Shown in pieces: positions 37,991 through 49,904 of a stretch of DNA of 64,000 nucleotides. Position 1 is the stretch's first letter, and each line of letters begins with the position of its first letter. The DNA comes from Octopus sinensis (taxonomy: Eukaryota), in the NCBI RefSeq assembly GCF_006345805.1, contig NC_043001.1, positions 30,876,001 to 30,940,000 on the forward strand. The letters run 5' to 3'. Under the pieces are notes generated by a model. That model did not search any database, was not told where the DNA came from, and worked only from the letters and a program-made list of their open reading frames with translations. Made by a program: the position numbers and the translations under genes.

Positions 37991-38372
37991 CTAGCAGTAT
38001 CGCCCGGCGTTGCTCAGGTTTGTAAGGGAAATAACTATAAAGCATTTTTAGAGAGTTATAGCCAAAAAATAGCAAAAAAATGGAAAAAATGATGGTAAAT
38101 TTTTTTTGAGATTTAAAAAAGGTAGAGTTGCGTCCCCTAGACAGTTTGTGGTTCGTATTCCTGATTCTCGACCCCATGTCGAATTTATCGATTTTTTTCA
38201 GAACTGGGGGAACTTTTCAAAATTTTCGCTGCGTTAGTTTTGAATTATGACATTGGGCTATGTGTGTGTCAAGTTCATCAGAATCGGTTGAAAGCCGTGG
38301 TCAGGGTGAGGGTACAAGCAAACAGACACACAGAAACACGCACAGACAAACTGCCGTTTATATAGAGAGAGA
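37991..38372 (-). mobile_element. Non-autonomous Helitron
   Basis: Same 3' terminus as 24381 and 32733; 5' A|TCTCTCTCTATATAAA. Confidence 0.8.
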
Positions 38373-38376
38373 TATA

Positions 38377-38601
38377 CAGGGTTGGCCAAAAGTCACCTGA
38401 CAGTAAATTAAAACCCATTTAATTCCAAGATTAAAACAAAAAATTATTTCATAAGAGACTTTGCTAATAGACAAATGTTGAAAAAAAAAAAAAAAAATTG
38501 GTGATTTTAACTCACAGCATTCAATTATTAAATAAATAAATAAATAATATTAAGTATTTATAGAATTTTGATTTACTGTCAGGTAATTTTGGTCAACCCT
38601 G
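38377..38601. mobile_element. Tc1/mariner MITE with TA TSD
   Basis: TA-CAGGGTTGGCCAAAAGTCACCTGACAGTAAAT / ATTTACTGTCAGGTAATTTTGGTCAACCCTG-TA. Confidence 0.9.
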
Positions 38602-39074
38602 TATGTATGTATGTGTATGTATATATATATATATATATATATGTATGAACAAAGATAGCTTTTGGTATATGTAGGCATAATTGAAATTGAGGTTTAATAT
38701 CAAGCTATCTAGATATGATCATGTCAACAGGTAAACTCTTGTAAATTATTTTCTGTGCACCAGAATGACCTGATAATATATATACTTCAAAGCTTTCCTG
38801 GCTCTTTCATCTGCTAAATTCCTAACGCTATCGAAATCAATTTCTCAGGTAAAACTTAATTGAATATTTAGTCTTGCTATATCAACAAAGTGGCTTGGAG
38901 ATATGTTAGTGTTTGCTAAAAGATCTTTCTTTTGATAACACTGTAGCTGGAATTGTCAACAACATTCTCAAACTAACACAAATATTTAGAAAGAGTTTGT
39001 TGCTTATTAAGAAATTTACTAATTCTAAAGCTTTCCATTATCATTTTCCAAACTTTCAGAGAAACTAACTGGCT

Positions 39075-39435
39075 TCTGTGCTGGTGGCAGCCAGAGCGGC
39101 TAACTGGCTTCTTTGCTGGTGGCACGTAAAAAGCACCACTCAAGTGTGATCGTTACCAGCGTCGCCTTACTGGTATCTGTGCCGGTGGCATGTGTAAAAA
39201 GATTCGAGCGAGGTCGTTGCCAGTACTGCCTGACTGGCCCCCGTGCCAGTGGCACGTAAAAGCACCCACTACATTCTCGGAGTGGTAGGCGTTAGGAAGG
39301 GCATCAAGCTGTAGAAACTCTGCCAGACCAAGATTGGAGCCTGGTGCAGCCATCTGGTTCACCAGCCCTCAGTCAAATCGTCCAACCCATGCTAGCATGG
39401 AAAGCGGACGTTAAACGATGATGATAATGATGATG
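39075..39435 (+). mobile_element. RTE 3'-UTR-derived short element with (GAT)n tail
   Basis: ...CATGCTAGCATGGAAAGCGGACGTTAAACGATGATGAT; homologues at 8400-8800, 54245-54430, 57350-57740 and 62160-62420. Confidence 0.8.
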
Positions 39436-39880
39436 AAACTTTGTTACAACTGACTGTAAATGTTGCAATCCTATAGCAAAATCTTATTGTTAAAGTAAAT
39501 TGGTCTACTTCAACTTCTCTTACTAGCCCACTTTCAGACACTGAGGGATATTCCACAAGAAATCAAAATTACCAGCCAGCAGCTGAACATTAAAATACCC
39601 AGTTATTCATGAAAAAATATCAATCAAAACCTAGAAGACATTTTCTGTAATAGATCTCTTCTAGAGAATCATCTGTGTCAGTCACTTCTGCCCAGTTGGT
39701 ATCAGTTGTGTCGTTATGCATCCTTCTCTTTCAACTCACACAATACAGAAAAAGAATGATGCTATTATAAGACAAAAGCTTTTTTTTTTTTACCCTAACT
39801 GAAAGCACATGAGTGAACAATAAATACAGCATTTTTGTAGAAAAACTAAAAAACAAAAAAAAAAAAAACCCCTCTACCCT

Positions 39881-40047
39881 CCTATAGGCATAGGAGTGGC
39901 TGTGTGGTAAGTAGCTTGCTTACCAACCACATGGTTCAGGGTTCAGTCCCACTGCATGGCGCCTTGTGCAAGTGTCTTCTACTATAGCCTCAGGCTGACC
40001 AAAGCCTGTGAGTGGATTTGGTAGACGGAAACTGAAAGAAGCCTGTC

Positions 40048-40093
<46 letters not shown>

Positions 40094-40311
40094 ATTTGTG
40101 TGTGTGTGCATTTGTGTGTCTGTGTTTGACCCCCAACATCGCTTGACAACCGATGCTGGTGTGTCTACGTCCCCGTAACTTATCGGTTCGGTAAAAGAGA
40201 CTGATAGAATAAGTACTAGGCTTACAAAGAATAAGTCCTGGGGTCGATTTGCTCAACTAAAGGCAGTGCTCCAGCATGGCCATAACCAAATGACTGAAAC
40301 AAGTAAAAGAG
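39881..40311 (+). mobile_element. SINE family A, full length, flanked by ~80-bp direct repeats
   Basis: 39796-39876 is repeated at 40312-40400. Confidence 0.9.
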
Positions 40312-42142
40312 TAACTAAAAGCACAACATGAGTGAACAATAAATATAGCATTTTTGTAGAAAAACTAAAATAACCCACCAAAAAAAAAAAACCCCTCTAC
40401 AAACTCTACTTTTCAGTTTTTCATCTAATTTAAGTTTGATATTTAATCTAGCCATATCTGATCCAAGTATTCTGTTTTATATCAAAACTGACCAGATCCA
40501 ACCTCTCACACCTACCCTGCAATGTCATTCTAGAAATATACAAATACACCATTGAAATTTTGAAGCTACACGATGTGTGATTAATTCAAAACAATGTGAA
40601 TAAACAATAAGCAATAAATTTGACAAAGAAATCTGAATGCTAAAGGGTTCAGCTGCAAATTAAAGACAACAAGATCAATTCCATGCAGTATTTGCTTGGT
40701 CTCTTTGCATTCAAAGTTCAAATCCTGTTGTGGTCTGCTTAAACTTTATGTTGCATAGTCCAGCTCCACCAGCTGATCCTTGGGTGCCTTCAGTAAAGTT
40801 TGCTTTGCTGCAAGCATTGAAGCCAGGCAGGTCTTTGGTTTAAGGATTCCGTCTGCTTTACTTCCCTCTGTTGGTTAACACGATGAGAGTTCCAGTTGAT
40901 ATGATCGACGGAACAGCTTGCTTGTGAAGTTAACATGCAAGTGGCTAAGCACTCCACAAATACACTTCATGTGTAGTTTTCAGGGAGATTCAGTGTGACA
41001 CAGAGTTGCAAAACTGGCCCTTTGATTAATTTTTGCTAGATGAGTGGACTGAAGCAATGTGAAATTAAGCATCTTGCTCAAAGACACTGCTGGGAATCAA
41101 ACATGATCCAAATACCCTAACCCATGCAATCTTCATATTCCTTCCTTCTGGGGTCCTATAAAAAATCACAAGCACCACCGATAAAAAAATAAGTTCTGTT
41201 TACATGCATTTCATCAACCACTTTGGTAAGTGGTAACTGCACTTCTGATTCTATAGCACTGCCACTATCAAAACCCACTTGCCACCACCACTGTCCAAAA
41301 GCTCTCAAATCATATCCTGTCTTTTACTTTATTCAGTTACTGAATTGCAGCCATGCTGGGGCACAAACTTCAAGGGTTTTAGCCAAGCAAATTGGCTCCA
41401 GTACTTTTTTTTTAAATTCTGGCTCTTATTCTTTCAGCCTCTTTTGTTAAACCACTAAGTTAAGGGGACATAAACAAACCCACACCAGATATCAAACAGT
41501 GGGGACACAAGCACAAATACTCACACATATATAATTATATATAAACATACAACAGGCTTCAACTTGGTTTTCGTTTATCAAATTCACTTACAACATATTG
41601 GTTGGCCAGGGACTATAGTAGAAGACACTTGCCCAAGGTGCTGTGCAGTGGGACTGAATCTGATACTACATAGTAGCAAAGTGAGCTTCTTAACCACACA
41701 GCTATGCTTACACTTAGTCAATGATTTATCTTCAATTTCTCTACCAGAACTGCATAGCTTACTTTAACTCCACTGCCTACTAATGCTTTCTCTCCAACAG
41801 TAAATATACAACATATCAAACTGAATGTTATCTGCATTAACTTCTTGCACATTAAAGCCTGAAATATAAATCTAAGAGACAATGAAGGAGTCTTTAAATA
41901 TTTGTTCAACCTGACAGAATAACAGCCATATCATCCCCAATAACACCCCCAGTTTTGTTTCAAGAAACAGATGGTGGGGATTTTAAAAATAGGGAAACAA
42001 TAATGATAATGCTGAGTGTAGCAGAGAAATAGGTAAACAAACATGAGTTAAGCAGTGAAATGGAAGTATCATGGAATAAAATGAAAGAAAGTTTTTGATC
42101 ATGATATTCATGAAATAAAGAAAGGTTAAATAAATAAAATGC

Positions 42143-42148
42143 TTTATT
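42143..42148 (-). promoter_or_regulatory. Candidate polyadenylation signal of RHNO1
   Basis: AATAAA on the - strand ~45 nt after the stop codon. Confidence 0.4.
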
Positions 42149-42193
42149 GCAATAAATAACACATAAATAAAAGACCCAACATATAAAACTCAA

Positions 42194-42565
42194 TTATTTT
42201 TTGATTTTCCTCAACTGTTTGTGCCGCACTGATAAGCCATATTCCCTTTCAGGTGTATCAGGAACTAGTATTTTGCCAAAGTCTTTTTGTTCCAAAGGAG
42301 AATTTTGAAAGAGGTTCCAAGGACATGTTGGTTTCAATGAGTCTTCAGAATTTGTAAACTTTGGACTAATCACAATGTTTTCTATGTTTGATAATGACTG
42401 GCAATCTTGAAAAGGTTTGTGAAGAGATCTTGGTTTCAAAAACTGCAGAGAACCATATCTCTTGTTGTGTTCTTTGGGACAGTCATTTTCAACATTAGCT
42501 TTAGCGTTTCTTTTTCTTTGTTGTTTGGTTGGTAGGTCTTTAATGTCAGTGAATTGGGGTGACAC
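42194..42565 (-). CDS. RHNO1: RHINO (RAD9-HUS1-RAD1-interacting nuclear orphan), last coding exon
   Basis: TAG|VSPQF...KRYGSLQF...ILVPDTPEREYGLSVRHKQLRKIKK*; matches the vertebrate RHINO VSPDF and VLVKDTPEDKYGIKV motifs (recalled). Confidence 0.8.
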   Translation of the reverse strand: MSPQFTDIKDLPTKQQRKRNAKANVENDCPKEHNKRYGSLQFLKPRSLHKPFQDCQSLSNIENIVISPKFTNSEDSLKPTCPWNLFQNSPLEQKDFGKILVPDTPEREYGLSVRHKQLRKIKK

Positions 42566-42639
42566 CTACATAAATAAATGAACATATTGTTAAAATGAGT
42601 TAAGGGAAAGTAAAAAAAAGTCAAAGGAAATATAAGGTT

Positions 42640-42850
42640 TACTCTTTTTCACACTTTTACTTGTTTCAGTCATTTGACTGCGGCCATGCTGGAGCACCGC
42701 CTTTAGTCTAGCAAATAGACCCCGGGACCCATTCTTTGTAAGCCCAGTACCTATTCTATTGGTCTTTTCCGCCGAACCGTCAAGTGATGAGGACACAAAC
42801 ACACCAGCATCGGTTGTCAAGCAATGCTAGGGGGACAAGCACAAACATAT

Positions 42851-42885
<35 letters not shown>

Positions 42886-43040
42886 CGATGGGCCTCCTTG
42901 AGTTTCCGTCCACCAAATCCACCCACAAGGCTTTGGCCGGCCCAAGGCTATAGTAGAAGACACTTGCCCAAGATGCCAAGCAGTGGGACTAAACCCAGAA
43001 CCATGAGGTTGTTAAGCAAGCTACTTACCACATAGCCCAC
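42640..43040 (-). mobile_element. SINE family A in RHNO1 intron
   Basis: Homology to the other copies. Confidence 0.88.
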
Positions 43041-43050
43041 AGAAGCAACA

Positions 43051-43208
43051 TACATTATTTACATTTGACGGATATTTGCCCTCATTTTGTTTGTTGTTAA
43101 CACAATGTTTCGGCTGATATACCCTCCAGCCAACATCAGACGAGGACAAATATCCGGCAAATGTAAATAATGTACATAATTCCTCATCTCTTAAATATAA
43201 AACTGTAT
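43051..43208. mobile_element. Internally deleted copy of the 11176-11665 hammerhead fold-back element
   Basis: Same outer ends and same right-hand unpaired extension; - arm reads CTGATGTT-GGCTG..CAGCC-GAAA-CATT/GTGTT. Confidence 0.8.
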
Positions 43209-43296
43209 ACTTTGACATCTATTTCACATTAAGACCAGCATTAGTAGAGTGTGAAGTAATTAATGACTAATGAAAATTATTTAGGAATATATAAGT

Positions 43297-43700
43297 ATAG
43301 GCGCAGGAGTGGCTGTGTGGTATGTAGCTTGCATACCAACCACATGGTTCCGGGTTCAGTCCCACTGCGTGGCACCTTGGGCAAGTGTCTTCTGCTATAG
43401 CCTTGGGCCGACCAAAGCCTTGTGAGTGGATTTGGTAGACGGAAACTGAAAGGAGCCTGTCGTATATATGTATATATATATATATATGTGTGTGAGTGTT
43501 TGTGTTTGTCCCCCCAACATCGCTTCACAACCGAAGCTGGTGTGTTTATGTCCCCGTCACTTAGCGGTTCGGCAAAAGAGACCGATAGAATAAGTACTAG
43601 GCTTACACAGAATAAGTCCCGGGGTCGAGTTGCTCGATTAAAGGCGGTGCTCCAGCATGGCCACAGTCAAATGTCTGAAACAAGTAAAAGAGTAAAGAGT
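43297..43700 (+). mobile_element. SINE family A in RHNO1 intron, near consensus
   Basis: Full head GGCGCAGGAGTGGCTGTGTGG and tail AAGTAAAAGAGTAAAGAGTA. Confidence 0.9.
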
Positions 43701-44014
43701 ATATACAGTAAGGGGCTTAACATATCTTTAAAATCAATCTTATACTGATTAAAAGTAAAAGGCTCTGTGCAAAAAGAGTTAGGATTCTGGTGTCAGCTGT
43801 GGCATATAAACTTATGTAGACAATCAACCAAGAAAACGTCTGTGCAGATACTCAACCAAACATCATAACCAAATCTCCCTCAAAATACACCCCCGAGATC
43901 TTTAAGAATACATTGGATAATGTATTCCTAGATAAACTATCAATTAGGTCTGATAATGAAGGATAACCTAAGGCTCCTCCTACAGTAAAGCAAATGCAAC
44001 ATAAAGCAACTTAC

Positions 44015-44173
44015 CCATGAAGGGCTGTCTTTTATTTCTGTTAATCTGGCAGCTGCTTGGAAATTACTGCAAGGAATAGGAGTTAATAACCCATGTGGAA
44101 TTTCTTTGGGGCTTTCAACAAAATGAAGCTGACATTTATGTTTGATTGACAGATTACGTTTTCTAGGCGGCAT
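44015..44173 (-). CDS. RHNO1: RHINO, first coding exon (53 codons)
   Basis: TTTCAG|TT-ATG: MPPRKRNLSIKHKCQLHFVESP...DSPSW|GTAAGT; the phase 0 join rebuilds SWVSPQF. Confidence 0.8.
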
Positions 44174-46139
44174 AACTGAAATATAACAGACAAGGAAAAA
44201 AAAATTTACAATACACACAGAAAAAAAAAAACCCTGCATCAATAAAAATTAATCATTTATATTTTAAATTAAACCTTGCCTTGTAAGTGATTTCAAAAGA
44301 AAGTAAACATAAGTTTTTGCATTTGGTTTGTAAGATTCTTGATGTGAACTTGTGTGTTGAAATGGATTTTGTTGCATCTAGGGAGGGTCATTATGCCAAT
44401 AATAAACACTAGTTCTATTTCATTTCTTCATTTAACCAGCTGATGAATAAAAAAAGTGAAACCGAACCAGTGTGTGTGTGTGTGTGTGTGTGTGAGTGTG
44501 TGTATGTGTTTATTGGCATAACGACCTTCCTGAGATAAAATAAAGATATTAAACTATCTCAGACAAAATAAAGGTAGATATATACCATCATAGCTGTGAC
44601 ATGAAAAACTGCATTAACAAGTCAGTTATTACAATATAATGAATAGTAATTTATTGTGAAATCAAAAGTAGCATTTTCTAAATAGTTTTTTGCTTTTGTC
44701 CAGTTTTTATCTATTTCTTAGATACTGTACAGAATGTATTTAATACAAGACCTCTGAATTGAGTTATACATTTAGTACAGAAACTTAAGATACACAATTG
44801 ATGGGTTTTAAATGAATGTTTAAGGAAGGCTAGCTATTTTGACCCCCCACCCCGTGCTTCCCTCAGGTTTTGGTGTTGGTGTTGTTTTGTGTGTGTTGTC
44901 TCCTTTTCCCTTTCTTCTTTGCCTGGTTCTTTTTATTGCCCTCTTCTTTACCCCACTTTCCAAAATCCACCAAATTCTTACACTCACAATTAAAGATAAC
45001 CCACCTCTAGCCTCTGCAGCAACACGAAAAGCACAACCTGTCTATCCCATAAAACTCAATTTTTTCCATATTCCTCACCATGGCAACCAAACGGTAGCCC
45101 CGAGTGACTTGCAACCCTCCTCACCCCATTTTACCCTCCAGTATATATTTTGGCACCAATCCAACCCCATCTACCACCCCTTAAACTATTCCCATCTCAA
45201 AATGAGACAACCAAGAAATCAAACAACTTTTTCGCATTTCAGCTTTATAGATATTGATGAGCATTCATATCAGGTGGTGTTACAGTTGCAGGTGAACAAA
45301 GCTTATGTTTGTATAGAAATTAAAAAAGGTGTGACTGATATTAGTATTTATTCCAGTATTTGTGATTTCTGTATTTAGAAGTTTGGAAAGATCTCTGTAA
45401 AGCTGATTAGTTCTTGATATATTGTAAAAAAAATGACATCTTTGATGGTGTCTCGATGCTTTGAACTGAGTATTGACATAATGTACACAACTCGGGTACT
45501 TTCCACCGAATATAGATCAACTGTGCATTTTATGTAAATTTACAAGGTCTCTGAGCTGGAATACATGATTTTTAAAAACCAAACATCTGATGATATTGTT
45601 TGTAAGTAGTATGAAAAGTCTGTAAGCGTGAATCTGATTTCAGATTGGGATTCATTTAAAGCTTAAAGTCACAGGTGAAATGTAAGCAAACTATGCATTT
45701 AAGTAGCATAGTTAACGATAAAGGTACAGTATTGATAAGAAGCAGCAGAAAACGTTACATTTACTTTGTTGTTCATGAAACAGAACTTGGTAACAGAAAG
45801 ATATGAAGTGAACATATTTGCCAGTTACTTTACAGTTTGGTTGACATAACTAAGTGGTCTCTATTGCAAACAGAAAACTGCATTTTAAAGTAGTTAAACA
45901 ACTAACTGTCCTGACATTAATGCTTAATAAACCTGGCACTGCTTAGTAAATATGAAAAACAACCCCAAATCCTCTATGTTTCAGTCAAATGTAATTAACG
46001 TAAAATAATTGATTTCAATAAGAGCGTGACAAGGTTTAGTTAGAATGACACATACAGTATGGTTGCATGCATGTATTTGTGTGTGTATGTATGAGTGTGT
46101 GTGTGTGTGTGTGTGTGCGTATGTATGTATGTATATATA

Positions 46140-46342
46140 TTCTACTTCTTTCGGTCATTTGACTGCAGCCATGCTGGAGCACCACCTTTTAGCTGAAGAA
46201 ATTGACCCCAGGACTTATTCTTTGTAAGCCTGGTACTTATTTTATCGGTTTCTTTTGTTGAACTGCTAAATTACAGGGGAAGTAAATGCACCAACATCAG
46301 TTGTCAAGCAATAGTAGGGGTGGGACAAACACAGACACAAAG

Positions 46343-46381
<39 letters not shown>

Positions 46382-46400
46382 ATATATATATATATATATT

Positions 46401-46442
<42 letters not shown>

Positions 46443-47215
46443 TACATATATGATGGATTTCTTTCAGTTTCCATCTACCAGATCCACTCATAAAGCTTTG
46501 GTTGGCCGAAGGCTATAGAAGGCACTTGCCTAAATAAGTGTTTTTTTTTATTCCACAGTACTTGTAGTGATTTTGTTGAGAGGAAATGTTAAACATCACT
46601 GTTTATAGATCAGCACTTTCTCATACAAAGTGCAGAAAGTAAATACACACACACACACACACACACACAACCGGACCCGATACAACTTCTGACTACCACA
46701 TTAACTCATAGGGCATTGATCAGCTGGGGCTAACGTAGAAGACACCCAAGGTATTGTACAGTGAGGTAGAACCAGAAACTACTTAGTTGAGAAATTTTTT
46801 AATCATGGGGCCTGCCCCAATTATTTCAACAAAAGAAAATAATTAGCAGACATAAAAAGTAATGGGGTTGATTTGTTTGACTACACCCTTGGCATAACTA
46901 AGAAAGAAAAGGATAGAGATATTATATGCATTTTTTTTTTTATTTGTTTCAGTCATTTGACTGTGGCTGTGCTGGAGCACCGCTTTTAGTTGAACAGATC
47001 GACCCCCATGACATTCTTTGTAAGCCTAGTACTTATTCAATCGGACACTTTTTGCTGAACTGCTAAGTTACGGTGATGTAAAAACATACACACATATGAC
47101 AGGCTTCTTTCAGTTTCTGTCTGCCAAATCCACTTGAGCAAGGTGCCACGGAGTGGGACTGAACCCGGAACCATGTGGCTTGTAAGCAAGCTACTTATCA
47201 CACAGCCACTCCTGC
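46140..47215 (-). mobile_element. Cluster of partial family A SINEs
   Basis: Copies at ~46140-46530, ~46640-46820 and ~46935-47215 (internally deleted). Confidence 0.8.
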
Positions 47216-47783
47216 ATATATATGAAAGAGAAAGAGAAACTGTATGATAAAGGGAGATTATATAGTTTGGTGTACATGTGCATGAATATAGACTTACACT
47301 TAATTGATGTTTCTGAACATGCTTCAAACATTTTGTAATAAGCAAAAAAAAAAAAAAAAAAGACAAAGAAAAGTAACCACATATAACAAGATAAAGTCAT
47401 TATTGAACAGATATTAATGAGTAATGCCTGATACAATGAAGCATTTTTTTTTCATCTATTATCAAACACATCATAATGCTCAATGGTTTAGGAGTCTGAA
47501 CACCAGCAAGATAAAAAAGAAAAAAAAAGTACTAGAAGATGGCATTAGAGAAGATCAGTATCAGCAGATAGAAGACATATGTTACTTTGAAGCAATCCAT
47601 AAATGCAAATAATAATAATAATACTCCAGTTTTACATCCGTTTTTCCATGCTAGCATGGGTTAGATAATTATGCTATAAAGGAATGGGCTTACAGTTGGA
47701 TCCTCTTCCTTTCACTAACCCTTACCTATTTTTCAAGTAAGGGATATCTTATTGCTTACAATTACGAAAACAAAGCAGATGAT

Positions 47784-48305
47784 TCAAATCAAATCAAATT
47801 TATTGGCCGGAGAAGAATGCAATGTGCTTAAGCCATGTATCTACAGTTTTATACATAGCCGCCACAGTTGTCCAGAGACTCTTTGAGCAGGGGAGTGGTG
47901 GGAAGTTGAATGACATCTTGTGGCAGCTTATTTCATGGGGCTGTGATACGGATGGAGAATGTGGCCTTCTGCCTGTTGAGTCAAAAGTGTTGGGGATAGA
48001 GTTTGTAATCATGCCCATGAAGACTCTGCAAATGATAGGTTTACATTCCCGTTGAAGATGTTGAAAGCCAGGATGAGATCTCCCTGCATCCTTCGTCGTT
48101 TGAGTGAATGTAATGCCAATCGTTGAAGACGTTCCTCATACGTAAGCTTAGACAAGCCTGTGACCATTCGGATGGCTAAGTGCTGAACCCATTCCAGGTG
48201 ATGAATGTCTTTCTGGAGATATGGGTTTGAGGCCTGGATGCAATATTCGAGGATGGGTCGAACTAGAGTGACATATAAAAGCTGGAAGACATCCATTGAA
48301 AGGTT
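47784..48305 (-). mobile_element. CR1/L2-type LINE 3' end
   Basis: LYVTLVRPILEY...YLQKDIHHLEWVQH...TYEERLQRLALHSLKRRRMQGDLI; AATAAA(TTTGA)n tail at 47784-47804. Confidence 0.9.
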
Positions 48306-48846
48306 GATTTACAGAAGTGACAAAGACATCACTGCTTTAGATTATAACTTTTGCAGAAGCAAACATAAATGTAAATACACACACACACATGAATATATAA
48401 AGTATAGAATAGATATAAGTTTTTGTTCCATAAATCTGCTTTGGTTACCCAGGGTTATCATAGGAGACATCTGCCCAAGGTGCTGTGCAGTGGGACTGAA
48501 CAAAAAACCACATAGTTGGAAGCAAACCTCTTAACTACAGATCTATGCCTGTTCCTATTCTTTTTTTTTTTTTTATATTTGCTTCAGTCATTTGACTGCA
48601 AAATAATAATTTATTATTTTGCACATTACTTAATCATTGTTATTTGTTTTATCATATATTTAATCTTTCTATATGTAATTTTTCTAAATGGTATAATTTA
48701 ATTTTTCATTATTGAATTGATAAAAGGTGTTTTTTTTCTAATTTATATATATATTATATTTTGTGAAATTTGATTTAGTATTTCTATATTGAATTTTTCC
48801 CTGTAAGTTTGGAATAATATTCCCTCATATTATTATTATTATATAC

Positions 48847-48887
<41 letters not shown>

Positions 48888-49904
48888 TACATGCAGGTGA
48901 GTAGACAAACAAAAGAAGGGCACTCAACACATTTATTGGGAGTTACATGTATAGATGAAACAGTTTGATGCAGACTCATTGGTACTCTGAGTTTCAAGCC
49001 TGCGGCTAGTCTTTGGTTATTGGGCCTGAATGAGAGTTTAATTGAAGACAGTCAATGTTTTCTACTGGATGTTAGTCTGCGATTGGCTGAAAAAAGTCAC
49101 ATGGAGTGTGTATATTTTAATATATTTATATATACACACACACACACACACACACATATATAGATATATATATCACAGAAGCTTCTTCACATTTTCCAGC
49201 TATGAAATGACACTCACAGAGCATTGACTGGCCTGAGACTATATTAAAAACACTTGTCTAAAGTGCCACACAATAGGACTGAACCTAAAATCCCATGATT
49301 GCAAAGCTAACTTCTTAACCACACAGTCATGCCAGTACCTCTAATACATTAAAAAAAATATATATACTCTTTATTTCTTATTATACAAGGCTAACACTGG
49401 TAATCCAACAACTGACAGGTAAATATAACAATTAGGTTTATGAAGAGTGTTTTGTACCCTATTGTACTTCACAAGACATTACCTGAAAAGCCCAGACAAA
49501 TGTACAGCTGTCATGCAGTCTCAAAATTTTGAAAGATATCCTATTAATTTACACTGCTTGCGCCCTGACACTGGGAGTAGATTACAGAGCCACATGTTAA
49601 GACTTGAAATGCTTCATCAAATACCTTAAACAGTTTAGAAATATTTCGCATTATATATGTGTGTGTGTGTACACACACACACACACAAGGCAAGCCAATG
49701 ATATCGAGCTGACAAACCCTTTCACCTGCTAATCCACAAGGCAGGAGCTACACTTTAATTCCCACTGAGAAAATATTGACCTTCTGCTTAAAGAAGCATT
49801 TAGTCTTTCTTGAAATAAGAATTAAATACAAGTTTTATAACAATTGCTAACCCCATTTTTTTTATTAAATTTTTCTTTGTGAAGCAAACACAACGTATTT
49901 TTTT

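Noticed and set aside
44839-45378. 179-aa + strand ORF
   Set aside because: Compositionally biased, TTG start, no motif; better explained as promoter-like DNA.
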